Of a stretch of DNA of 64,000 nucleotides, positions 28,637 through 36,240 are shown piece by piece. Within the stretch, counting starts at the first letter, position 1, and every line of letters begins with the position of its first letter. Source of the DNA: a virus; the IMG/VR virus record IMGVR_UViG_3300021400_000042; one strand, given 5' to 3'. The notes beneath the pieces are model-generated. The model saw only the letters and a program-made list of their open reading frames with translations. It was not told the origin of the DNA and ran no database searches. The position numbers and the translations under genes are program-made.

Positions 28637-28892
28637 ATTACAAACGCCTGTAATATTCTGTAATATTGCGTAATTTTGTAATTTGGAATTCGGGAATCTC
28701 ATTACAAAATTACGGAGTATTACAAAATCTGTAATCCGTGAAAGCCGCATAGAATAAGGCTTTATCTGCATTTATTACAATATTACAAACATTTCTAATA
28801 GACCTATTGAAATAGAGAAAATAGAGAGTACATGTCCCGCCTGTCCCGCCTAATGCGAACACGTCTATACGCGCGTGCGAGAAACGTAATTA
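28637..28892 (+). repeat. Iteron-rich element, copy A (homologous to 53121-53363)
   Basis: Shares GTAATATTGCGTAATTTTGTAAT, TTACAAAATTAC, CTGTCCCGCCTAAT and AACACGTCTATA with copy B. GTAAT occurs at 28650, 28660, 28670 and 28678. Confidence 0.85.
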
Positions 28893-28910
28893 ACTCCCCT
28901 GATAAACGAC

Positions 28911-28987
28911 AGTCGAAAATGTTCAACTTTAGCATTGACAAGTCGAAATAAGTTTGCTATAGTGTACTCAGTAAAACAAATTCAACT
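28911..28987 (+). promoter_or_regulatory. Early promoter with operators
   Basis: TTGACA (28935), 17 nt, TATAGT (28958). Operator AGTCGA-N6-TCAACT at 28911-28928 and a half-matching site at 28970-28987. Confidence 0.65.
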
Positions 28988-29005
28988 GAACGGAGGAACG
29001 CAAAA

Positions 29006-29269
29006 ATGATGAAAGCAAAGGCGCTCAACCTTAAAAACATGAAAGAGACACTGGTGAACTACAGCGGCGATCAGAAAGAACTTGAAAAAATTTGGGACGG
29101 ATTACATCAAATGGCGTGCCTGGGATTTATCACACAGGATACATGGAGAAAATTCTATGAGGAGTGCAAAGGCTGGTTCGTAACGACGGACGGGGCGGAA
29201 GTCAGAGACAGCGAACAGGGCGATGCAGTTATCTGGACATACACGGGGGAGGCACAGTACAAAGCATGA
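29006..29269 (+). CDS. Hypothetical protein (87 aa)
   Basis: First gene after the promoter, with a GGAGGA RBS. Confidence 0.5.
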   Translation: MMKAKALNLKNMKETLVNYSGDQKELEKIWDGLHQMACLGFITQDTWRKFYEECKGWFVTTDGAEVRDSEQGDAVIWTYTGEAQYKA

Positions 29270-29472
29270 AAGCGATCATCAAGTATTACGATCAGTGGGG
29301 CGGTAAAAGGCAGGCCACGGTAGAGATTGAAACGAATGAGCCGAACAGCATTCTTGTCAAGGCCATGAAAACGAAGAAAATCAGTCCGTGGGATGTGGTC
29401 AGAACGATCCGGTGCGGTCAGAGAGAATACCAGTGGATGGGCAGAGCTAAAGAGGCTATGAAGGAGGCTTAA
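29266..29472 (+). CDS. Hypothetical protein (68 aa)
   Basis: ATGA overlap with the upstream gene. Confidence 0.5.
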   Translation: MKAIIKYYDQWGGKRQATVEIETNEPNSILVKAMKTKKISPWDVVRTIRCGQREYQWMGRAKEAMKEA

Positions 29473-29474
29473 TC

Positions 29475-29690
29475 ATGAAGAAGGGTGATACCTACCAGAA
29501 TTTCGGATGCACCTGGGTAGTAGATGACGTTTACGAGGTTCCGGACTCAGCATTGATGAGTCCGGAAAACCCCTTCGGGCTGTGGCACAAAAAGCGCTTT
29601 AAAGCGCATGTGATAAAGGCTCCGGAAGGATATGAGGGGGTCAGAGAGATGGACGCGGCATTGACCGGTTTTATGGCAGAGGAGGAATGA
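29475..29690 (+). CDS. Hypothetical protein (71 aa)
   Basis: Starts 2 nt after the upstream stop, with a GGAGG RBS. Confidence 0.5.
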   Translation: MKKGDTYQNFGCTWVVDDVYEVPDSALMSPENPFGLWHKKRFKAHVIKAPEGYEGVREMDAALTGFMAEEE

Positions 29691-29954
29691 GTGATGAAAA
29701 GGACAATCAGTGCAAAGCGTGTTTTAGATGAGCTGGCAGAGGCTTATAACGATCACACTATTGCCTATGGCTATGCAATGGCAACCGGTGACAATAAGAC
29801 GGCAAATGAGCTTCAAATAGCTATCAATGTTATCAGCAAACTGGTAAGGGATCTTGGCTTCACGTCCGGTGTGGACTATACAACGGAACGTGTCCATGAG
29901 GAAATGGCCAATGTATCGTTCATGTACTGGAAGATGGAAAAGTGCGGAGGTTGA
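29691..29954 (+). CDS. Hypothetical protein (87 aa)
   Basis: GTG/ATG start abutting the upstream stop. Confidence 0.5.
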   Translation: MMKRTISAKRVLDELAEAYNDHTIAYGYAMATGDNKTANELQIAINVISKLVRDLGFTSGVDYTTERVHEEMANVSFMYWKMEKCGG

Positions 29955-29956
29955 AA

Positions 29957-30199
29957 ATGATTGAAATCGTAAGCAGCAGGAATGCATTGTCAGCGGAGGA
30001 CCTACGGGTCCTCTGCATTCGGGAAAACTGGTTCACCAATGGGGATAATTCACAGTATGAGAAACTGTTTGACTTGAACCGGGAAGGCGCTTCCCTGGAC
30101 GATCTGGCCTTGGTGATCTGGCTGTGCAGTTCGGATGTGGAACGCGAGGAAGTGCTACACAAGCTGAATGAAAGATGCAGGAGGGTAAACTATGGTTGA
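29957..30199 (+). CDS. Hypothetical protein (80 aa)
   Basis: ATG at 29957 after a GGAGG RBS. Confidence 0.5.
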   Translation: MIEIVSSRNALSAEDLRVLCIRENWFTNGDNSQYEKLFDLNREGASLDDLALVIWLCSSDVEREEVLHKLNERCRRVNYG

Positions 30200-30344
30200 C
30201 TATGAAGCTCTGATTTTGGAGCGGCAGGAGAATATCGAGATCTGGGAAGATGAACCGGACAGTCCGTATCTTCAGCAGCCCTTTGACAGCGGTAACTGGT
30301 GGGACGATATCCCGGATGAAGAATTTGAGGAGGTAAGACGATGA
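30192..30344 (+). CDS. Hypothetical acidic peptide (50 aa)
   Basis: Fills a gap in the ORF track. Overlaps both neighbouring genes. Confidence 0.4.
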   Translation: MVDYEALILERQENIEIWEDEPDSPYLQQPFDSGNWWDDIPDEEFEEVRR

Positions 30345-30502
30345 CTGTAGAACAGAGGTATCAGGCAGCTATCAGGGAGATCGGAGGAGCCGCAGGGCTT
30401 CTCAGTCTTCCGGAAGAGGTAAAGGATATTCTGAAAGAGACTATGGACCTGGAAACAAAAACAGTGCTGTTGGAAGCAATCGCAGAGAAGAAAGAGAGGT
30501 AA
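30341..30502 (+). CDS. Hypothetical peptide (53 aa)
   Basis: ATGA overlap with the upstream gene. Ends 4 nt before the next ATG. Confidence 0.4.
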   Translation: MTVEQRYQAAIREIGGAAGLLSLPEEVKDILKETMDLETKTVLLEAIAEKKER

Positions 30503-30506
30503 GGGC

Positions 30507-30692
30507 ATGAAGGTTATTTTTACGATGGAGAAGGCAACAAAGAACACGATCCGGTTCACGGAGAAACTGGAAAACGAACTGGATGCACCGAAGATCGGAA
30601 CGATTTATGTTCCAAAAGCCACCCTGGGCGCTATCGGCTGGAAGGAAGGCCGCGTGTTGACGGTAGATCTGGGAGCGGAGGAACCAGCATGA
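30507..30692 (+). CDS. Hypothetical protein (61 aa)
   Basis: GAGAGG RBS. Overlaps the next gene. Confidence 0.5.
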   Translation: MKVIFTMEKATKNTIRFTEKLENELDAPKIGTIYVPKATLGAIGWKEGRVLTVDLGAEEPA

Positions 30693-31078
30693 GGCAGATG
30701 AGGCGGAGAGTCAGATACAGTGTGAACATTCACGGGGAGCGCGTTGAGCGTACTCCCCGTGAGTACCCTTACAGCTATGATCCGTTTCAGGTCTTCAAGG
30801 ATCCTGCCTGGGCAGATACGGACGCGGTTGTTTACTCTGACCGGATGCTTCAGTGGGATCGGGACAAATACGATCAAAGCTGTGAGAAGATCTGGAATAA
30901 TCACGGTCAGTCCTTCAGCGGGAGAGAACCGGCAGAGATTGAGAAGTTTCTGCAGCTGTATTTTGAGGATCCTACATTGGTGCTGACCGGCATTGAAGCG
31001 GGATGTAATTATTCAAACGGATATCCGTTCTGGGTGTTCTACATGAGAGGTGAGAAGGTGTGTACAAATACTATTTGA
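30689..31078 (+). CDS. Hypothetical protein (129 aa)
   Basis: ATGA overlap with the upstream gene. Confidence 0.5.
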   Translation: MRQMRRRVRYSVNIHGERVERTPREYPYSYDPFQVFKDPAWADTDAVVYSDRMLQWDRDKYDQSCEKIWNNHGQSFSGREPAEIEKFLQLYFEDPTLVLTGIEAGCNYSNGYPFWVFYMRGEKVCTNTI

Positions 31079-31641
31079 CAGAGCGGCCGCGTTCAATCGC
31101 TACACAGCCGGACGGATACAAGGACTGGATCGATTACGATGAGCGGACGTATATTAGCGAGATCGGGCGGTCCGTCTGGGGAGTGCTGTACTATGATCGG
31201 CAGCTCACGCCGGAAGAGATTGAACGGTTTGAACTGTATGACGCATCTCTGATCCTGGCAAATGTCCTGAGAGGGCCGACAGGAGATAACGAGAAGGATC
31301 TGAAGCAGGAGCTTTATGGCGTGAGATGGGCGTATCAGTTTCTCTCTAACGGAACGTGGGGATGCGTTGATCTTCAGAGTACGGATAAGACAGACAAAGG
31401 TGAGTCCTGGGCTATGGGGGCATACGGGAACATGAAGATCTTTATCATGAGCGGGATTGCAGAGGAAATATACCTGCTGCGGGATGTTGACCGGCAGGAA
31501 GCGGTCAGGGCAGCAAATCAGAAAGTGCGAGAAACCGGCTGCAAGGATATGTCCATCCTGAAAGAAGAGGTTGCAAAGAGAGCGCTGACAATCATAGATC
31601 GGGAGTACGTGGAAGCACAGCGGGAAGCAAGGTGGAAATGA
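31060..31641 (+). CDS. Hypothetical protein (193 aa)
   Basis: GTG start. The N-terminus MYKYYLTERPRSIATQPDGY recalls domains seen in conjugative-element polyvalent proteins, but no assignment is made. Confidence 0.5.
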   Translation: MYKYYLTERPRSIATQPDGYKDWIDYDERTYISEIGRSVWGVLYYDRQLTPEEIERFELYDASLILANVLRGPTGDNEKDLKQELYGVRWAYQFLSNGTWGCVDLQSTDKTDKGESWAMGAYGNMKIFIMSGIAEEIYLLRDVDRQEAVRAANQKVRETGCKDMSILKEEVAKRALTIIDREYVEAQREARWK

Positions 31642-31642
31642 G

Positions 31643-31777
31643 ATGACGATTTCAAAAGGGAACCGGTATGCGGTTGATAATGGTTTTGGTTACGACCTGT
31701 ATGAGCGGGATCGGTATGTTTGCAGTGTGGCTACACTGTCAGAGGCAGAGTATTTTGTGGACGGAGGGGACGAATGA
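31643..31777 (+). CDS. Hypothetical peptide (44 aa)
   Basis: Starts 2 nt after the upstream stop. ATGA overlap with the downstream gene. Confidence 0.4.
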   Translation: MTISKGNRYAVDNGFGYDLYERDRYVCSVATLSEAEYFVDGGDE

Positions 31778-32112
31778 AAAAGCGGCCTGAGATCGGTACG
31801 GTGCTGTGGTCTGTACATGAGCATCTGTATTATATTCCGGGCAGAGCAGGACCGGTGATGGAGTATTGTGTCTGCGACGCTGCAGTAACAGGATATTACG
31901 AGGGCGGATTTGTGGAGATTTGTGTTACGGGCAAGAGTCCGGACGGATACCGCACACCGTACCGTTACAAGTTGGCTGATCTGGGGAAGAGTATATTCTT
32001 CACTCCAAGGGAAGCGGCAGAACTGGCACAGAGGGAAACAGAACGATATGAGCGGACATGGAGTCGGATGGGATACCCGCCTATGCGCCGGACATGGGAG
32101 GTGTATTTATGA
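31774..32112 (+). CDS. Hypothetical protein (112 aa)
   Basis: ATG at 31774 is preferred over the 31720 start because of the translational coupling. Confidence 0.5.
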   Translation: MKKRPEIGTVLWSVHEHLYYIPGRAGPVMEYCVCDAAVTGYYEGGFVEICVTGKSPDGYRTPYRYKLADLGKSIFFTPREAAELAQRETERYERTWSRMGYPPMRRTWEVYL

Positions 32113-32336
32113 GCATAAGAGTAGGCGGCCCCATGACGGGCGTTACCGGAATAAAGGAATGTGATACATGCAGGTGGGCCGATATTTACGAAGGGCCGCG
32201 CACGATCAGGAAAGGAAGCATGACTTTGATCCAGAACGGAAAGCATAACATTGACTGCACTCATACCGGCGATAAAACCATAAACTTTGATGACAAAGGG
32301 ATGAAGTGCAGCGGATGGGAGCCGCGCGAGGAGTAA
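32109..32336 (+). CDS. Hypothetical Cys-containing protein (75 aa)
   Basis: ATGA overlap with the upstream gene. Last gene of the operon. Confidence 0.5.
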   Translation: MSIRVGGPMTGVTGIKECDTCRWADIYEGPRTIRKGSMTLIQNGKHNIDCTHTGDKTINFDDKGMKCSGWEPREE

Positions 32337-32347
32337 CAGCTACACAT

Positions 32348-32376
32348 AACATTATCCAACATTATCCAACATTTTA
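32348..32376 (+). repeat. Tandem repeat AACATTATCC x2 plus a partial unit
   Basis: Direct reading of the sequence. Lies between the convergent small-gene operon and the integrase. Confidence 0.8.
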
Positions 32377-32402
32377 CCCCGGAGGCTATTGAGCTTCCGG
32401 GG
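32377..32402. terminator. Bidirectional terminator hairpin
   Basis: CCCCGGAGGC-TATTGA-GCTTCCGGGG, flanked by a T-run on the + strand. Confidence 0.6.
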
Positions 32403-32410
32403 TATTTCTT

Positions 32411-34012
32411 TTACAGCAGGCCTTCAATGGCGAACACATCCAGGTGCATGTACCAGATCAGGCGGAGTGGTTCGCCTGTTGGTCGCTCAGGTACGGGTGA
32501 GCGACTACAGTCGAACACTTCAGAAGTGCCGTCTGTAGTCGCTTTTTCTATGTCTTCAACCTTGACTGTATTCCCGTCTCCGCTGAAATTCAGCGTAATC
32601 AGGAAGTGATCGTCATACAGGAAGATGGCGTTGACAAAAGTATCGATCAGTCGCTTTTTAGCATCCAGATTATCCGTGTCCATATCACGCATGGTTTCCA
32701 GGAAGAATTCAATGCGCTCTTTGGTCAGCTTTATTCCCTTTGCAAGCTCTCGGTCAGCGAGGGCCTTTTTTAATGCCGCTTTTTGCCCGTTCAGTTCATC
32801 CAGGCGCGTCTGTATCAGATCGAAGGGCATTCCGCTCTCAACCGATTTCACGAGGTTTGCAATTCCCTTTTCTACGCCGGCAAGTTCCGTCTGCATTGCC
32901 TGTATTTCTGTCTGTTCTGTATCTTGCTTCAGGTAGAATTCCCAAGTCTTATCTACGATCAGCTGGAAGATCTCTGGATTGTGAAGAATCTCATGGATCT
33001 TTTCAAGGACCAGAGGTTCTATATAGTCTTGCCGGACGTTCTGCTTATCACAGCCTTTACCGTTATGCCGGTTCCAGCAGCCATAATAGCAGTGCTTATC
33101 TCCGGTTCTGCTGGTTCCGCTTTTTCCTACCATCGAGGATCCGCATTTTCCGCAGAACAGTTTTCCTGTCAGCAGATAATCAGAGTATGACCATTTATGC
33201 GATGGCATTCTTTTATTGATCTTCAGCATATCCTGTACCTTCCGGAACGTGTCCTTATCTACGAGGGCCGGAACCGCGTCTTCATCCCGGATTATGTCCT
33301 TGTAGATGTATGTGCCGATGTATAACTCGTTATGCAGCATCCTTTTCAGACTGCTGCGGTTAAAAGCTACACCGCGTTGTGTGCGATGTCCCTGCTCATT
33401 CAGATACCGGATGATTTCAAATTCTGTGCTGCCGGCAGCATACATCTCAAAGATTTTCTTTGCAATCGGACCGGTTACAGGATCGATCTCATATGTCTTA
33501 TCTGCGGCAGCCCGGTATCCGAATGCGATTGCACGGCCGCCGGGGACGTGATGCTTCTTTGCGGCTTCCAGCAGGCCGCGTCTTACGTTCTGGGACAGCT
33601 GCAGGCTGTAATATTCAGCCATGCCTTCCAGGACGCTTTCCAGGATCACGCCTTCCGGTCCGTCTACTACATTCTCAGCTACGTATTCGACGCGGACACC
33701 GTGCTTTTTCGCCTTGTATTTGTTGAACGTGATTTCTTCCCGGTTACGTCCGAACCGGTCAACCTTCCAGACGATGATGACACTGAACTGATGTTTTGCA
33801 CAGTCGTGTAACATCTGCTGGAAGGCCTCTCTGTTGTCGTTTGTGCCGGTTTTAGCTCTGTCACAGTATTCCCGGATGATAGTGTATCCCTTTTTCTCCG
33901 CGTATTTCTGTGCAGCGGCAAGCTGACCTTCAATGGAGGTCTCATGCTGTTTTGCTGATGAGAACCGGGCATATACGACAGCCATTTCTCCATCTGTCTT
34001 CTTACCAGTCAT
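32411..34012 (-). CDS. Large serine recombinase (integrase)
   Basis: N-terminal resolvase motif VVYARFSS..Q. 533 aa with a Cys cluster (CGKCG...CYYGC) and a coiled-coil tail. Confidence 0.85.
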   Translation of the reverse strand: MTGKKTDGEMAVVYARFSSAKQHETSIEGQLAAAQKYAEKKGYTIIREYCDRAKTGTNDNREAFQQMLHDCAKHQFSVIIVWKVDRFGRNREEITFNKYKAKKHGVRVEYVAENVVDGPEGVILESVLEGMAEYYSLQLSQNVRRGLLEAAKKHHVPGGRAIAFGYRAAADKTYEIDPVTGPIAKKIFEMYAAGSTEFEIIRYLNEQGHRTQRGVAFNRSSLKRMLHNELYIGTYIYKDIIRDEDAVPALVDKDTFRKVQDMLKINKRMPSHKWSYSDYLLTGKLFCGKCGSSMVGKSGTSRTGDKHCYYGCWNRHNGKGCDKQNVRQDYIEPLVLEKIHEILHNPEIFQLIVDKTWEFYLKQDTEQTEIQAMQTELAGVEKGIANLVKSVESGMPFDLIQTRLDELNGQKAALKKALADRELAKGIKLTKERIEFFLETMRDMDTDNLDAKKRLIDTFVNAIFLYDDHFLITLNFSGDGNTVKVEDIEKATTDGTSEVFDCSRSPVPERPTGEPLRLIWYMHLDVFAIEGLL

Positions 34013-34493
34013 TTTGTAATTTCAACGCCTCCTGCATTGTCAGGACATCCATGTACGGATCAAAGAAGATCACATAGTCCTGATATTTAACGTGCGTGCC
34101 GTATTTATCGTGATAGCATTCCAAGCAATCTCTGAGAAAGTTCTGTGGAACATCGAGATATTCTGCAGTCTCATACATGTTCTTACAGCCGGCCTCTTTT
34201 GCTTCGATAAGGCCGGGTAATCCGATCTGTACGTCAAAGGCCCACATCCTTGCTTTGCGCTCCTGCTTTCTGGATTCGGGCGTGTCATCGAGGATATCAC
34301 CGGATGATGTGAAGTAATGTCCAAGCTCTTCAGCCAGGACGCACGCTTTCTTCCGGTAGGTGGGTATAGTGCGACGGATAGCTACACGGTTGCCTTTGAT
34401 ACGTCCGTCATAGGCCTGCAGATCCTTTTCTCTGGTTACAAGGCCAAGGCTGTCAGCTACGGCAAGTAAGCCATCATAAGTCATGTAAACCAT
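34002..34493 (-). CDS. ImmA/IrrE-family metallopeptidase
   Basis: Contains an HExxH-type motif in LAEELGHYF. Lies directly downstream of the XRE repressor, as in ImmR/ImmA modules. Confidence 0.7.
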   Translation of the reverse strand: MVYMTYDGLLAVADSLGLVTREKDLQAYDGRIKGNRVAIRRTIPTYRKKACVLAEELGHYFTSSGDILDDTPESRKQERKARMWAFDVQIGLPGLIEAKEAGCKNMYETAEYLDVPQNFLRDCLECYHDKYGTHVKYQDYVIFFDPYMDVLTMQEALKLQNDW

Positions 34494-34544
34494 CCCCTTT
34501 TACAGTTACATACCAAAAGCGTTGTCCGCGCAGGGTTACAATGG

Positions 34545-35030
34545 TCAAAAGTCATCGCCGTCCATGATGTCTTCATCATGAGCGATCATCTCCGGAGTTA
34601 CCTTCACATCTGTTCTGACATGGGCGGCATTCGGAAGGGAGTCAAGATACTTATCCTGCATGAGCATCCCCTGGATGACACCTTCAGCCCGTAGACGGTC
34701 AGCCGGATCCAGTTTGCTGATTAGCTGCATCAGGTTGCTGTCAGCAGCAGGCCGCTGAAATGAAACAGTTTTCTGGGGAGCCGGATCCGCCGGTTTTGTT
34801 TTTCCCTTTGCATAATCGGTCGGATCATCGGTCCGGCCTAAAAGATAGTCTGTCGATACTTCCAGCGCGTCAGCGACGGCGGCCACAGTATTACCCAACG
34901 GCGTGATGTCCTTAGTGTTCCATTTTGAGATTGTTGCTTTTGTCGATCCAAATAGGCTGGCGGCCTTCTGAGAACACGGTTCCAGTCCACGCTTTTCCGC
35001 GATTGCAGCATATCTGTCATAGAAAGACAA
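34545..35030 (-). CDS. XRE-family (CI/ImmR-like) repressor
   Basis: N-terminal HTH (QKAASLFGSTKATISKWNT). Divergent from the early rightward promoter. Confidence 0.8.
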   Translation of the reverse strand: MSFYDRYAAIAEKRGLEPCSQKAASLFGSTKATISKWNTKDITPLGNTVAAVADALEVSTDYLLGRTDDPTDYAKGKTKPADPAPQKTVSFQRPAADSNLMQLISKLDPADRLRAEGVIQGMLMQDKYLDSLPNAAHVRTDVKVTPEMIAHDEDIMDGDDF

Positions 35031-35045
35031 CTCTGTTCACCTCAC

Positions 35046-35212
35046 AGTCGAAAGAATTCTATTTTTCCTCTTGACAAGTTGAATTTGTTTTGCTACACTC
35101 GCTATAGACAGTTGAACGAGGTAGACCAAAACAAAAAGCAAAGAGTTCCGGTCATAGAGGATAGTTAAAAGTGGTGTTCTAATTATACTCTATTAGTTGA
35201 AATCTTTCAACT
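35046..35212. promoter_or_regulatory. Lysis-lysogeny switch region
   Basis: Rightward promoter TTGACA (35071), 17 nt, TACACT (35094). Perfect palindrome AGTTGA-AATCTT-TCAACT at 35195-35212 overlaps the -35 of a leftward TTGAAA-17-TATAAT promoter. Half-sites at 35046, 35077 and 35110. Confidence 0.65.
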
Positions 35213-35251
35213 GTAAATACATAAGAAATTTGCAGAGACAGGAGGTAAGGA

Positions 35252-35557
35252 ATGGCACTGGTTCTTAACGAGGACTGGACGGCGCATGTAGTCGGGCAAA
35301 TGCACAAGTACCGGATCATGAATATCGAGCTGGCAGCGCGATGTGTGTACAAGGTGGATGAGAACGGAGAGAAGAAGAGCTATTCTCCGCAGTATCTTTC
35401 CACGGTTCTGAACGGTAACAAGGTATTTGAGAGTGAAGAAGCCGCCCAGAAGACACAGGAACGCATTTTATCGGCTCTGGATGAGCTGATAGCGGAAAGA
35501 ATGAGCGAGGTAGAAAAATCAGATGCAGGGAATGATGCAGGACCCGAAGGGGATTGA
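35252..35557 (+). CDS. Cro/antirepressor-position early protein (101 aa)
   Basis: First rightward gene after the switch, with a GGAGG RBS. Confidence 0.5.
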   Translation: MALVLNEDWTAHVVGQMHKYRIMNIELAARCVYKVDENGEKKSYSPQYLSTVLNGNKVFESEEAAQKTQERILSALDELIAERMSEVEKSDAGNDAGPEGD

Positions 35558-35705
35558 CCTTTCACTTATCCCACCTGCAGAAATTCAAAACCTGGCAGCA
35601 ACGTTTCTCGATGCCGTAAAGAGCTTTTATGAGGATCCTGGAAACGAGGCGAAGTTCCAGGCATGGTTACGGCGGCGGGAAGAACAGAGGAAACAAGCGG
35701 TATAG
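35523..35705 (+). CDS. Hypothetical protein (60 aa)
   Basis: ORF overlaps the upstream gene end. Start is uncertain. Confidence 0.35.
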   Translation: MQGMMQDPKGIDLSLIPPAEIQNLAATFLDAVKSFYEDPGNEAKFQAWLRRREEQRKQAV

Positions 35706-35730
35706 CAATCACATACAAGGAGGCAAAACT

Positions 35731-36231
35731 ATGTTGGAAATCAAAGTAAACATCGAGGCAACCGCACCGGATCTTTCAGCAGCAATCGAAAAACTGGCAG
35801 TGGCGCTGAAAGGATCGGTGATCCTGAGTCCGGAAGGGGTGCAGACGCAGCTCAGTGGAGTACAGGTTGCAGGAAACCCTACAGTTACTCCTGCATCGGC
35901 TACTGTGGAAAGTGTTCCTGCAGTCAATACGAATGCGCAGCAGGCTGTAGCACAGAACGCGGTTGACCAGATTCCTGCAGCGCAGGCACAGCCGGGGCAG
36001 ACGGCGCAGGTCGCACAGCAGCAGTTCATGAATCCGCCTGTTACGGCAGCAGCTCCGGTAATTGATCTGGAAACGATCAGCAGAGCAGGCGCGGCCCTTA
36101 TCGATCAGGGAAAGACAGGGAATGTCCTTGCATTACTGAAGCAGTTCGGAGTACCGGCGGTCAATCTTCTGGATCCGAGTCAGTACCCGGCATTTGCAGA
36201 GGGCTTGAAAGCACTGGGCGCAAGTATCTGA
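35731..36231 (+). CDS. Hypothetical Ala/Gln-rich protein (166 aa)
   Basis: ATG at 35731 after an AAGGAGG RBS. Confidence 0.5.
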   Translation: MLEIKVNIEATAPDLSAAIEKLAVALKGSVILSPEGVQTQLSGVQVAGNPTVTPASATVESVPAVNTNAQQAVAQNAVDQIPAAQAQPGQTAQVAQQQFMNPPVTAAAPVIDLETISRAGAALIDQGKTGNVLALLKQFGVPAVNLLDPSQYPAFAEGLKALGASI

Positions 36232-36240
36232 TGGAGGTGA

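Noticed and set aside
26765-28771. 668-aa ORF on the minus strand
   Set aside because: It is antisense to the endolysin, which has clear CHAP and SH3b motifs on the + strand. This is a shadow ORF.
28637-28892. CRISPR array or MITE as an explanation for the GTAAT/ATTAC repeats
   Set aside because: The repeat units are only 5-9 bp at about 10-bp spacing, with no spacers of CRISPR size. No terminal inverted repeats with target-site duplications were seen.
32348-32376. Calling the AACATTATCC tandem repeat the attP core
   Set aside because: Serine-integrase attP sites are imperfect inverted repeats, and none is evident here. Without a lysogen junction the assignment would be a guess, so it is listed only as a repeat.
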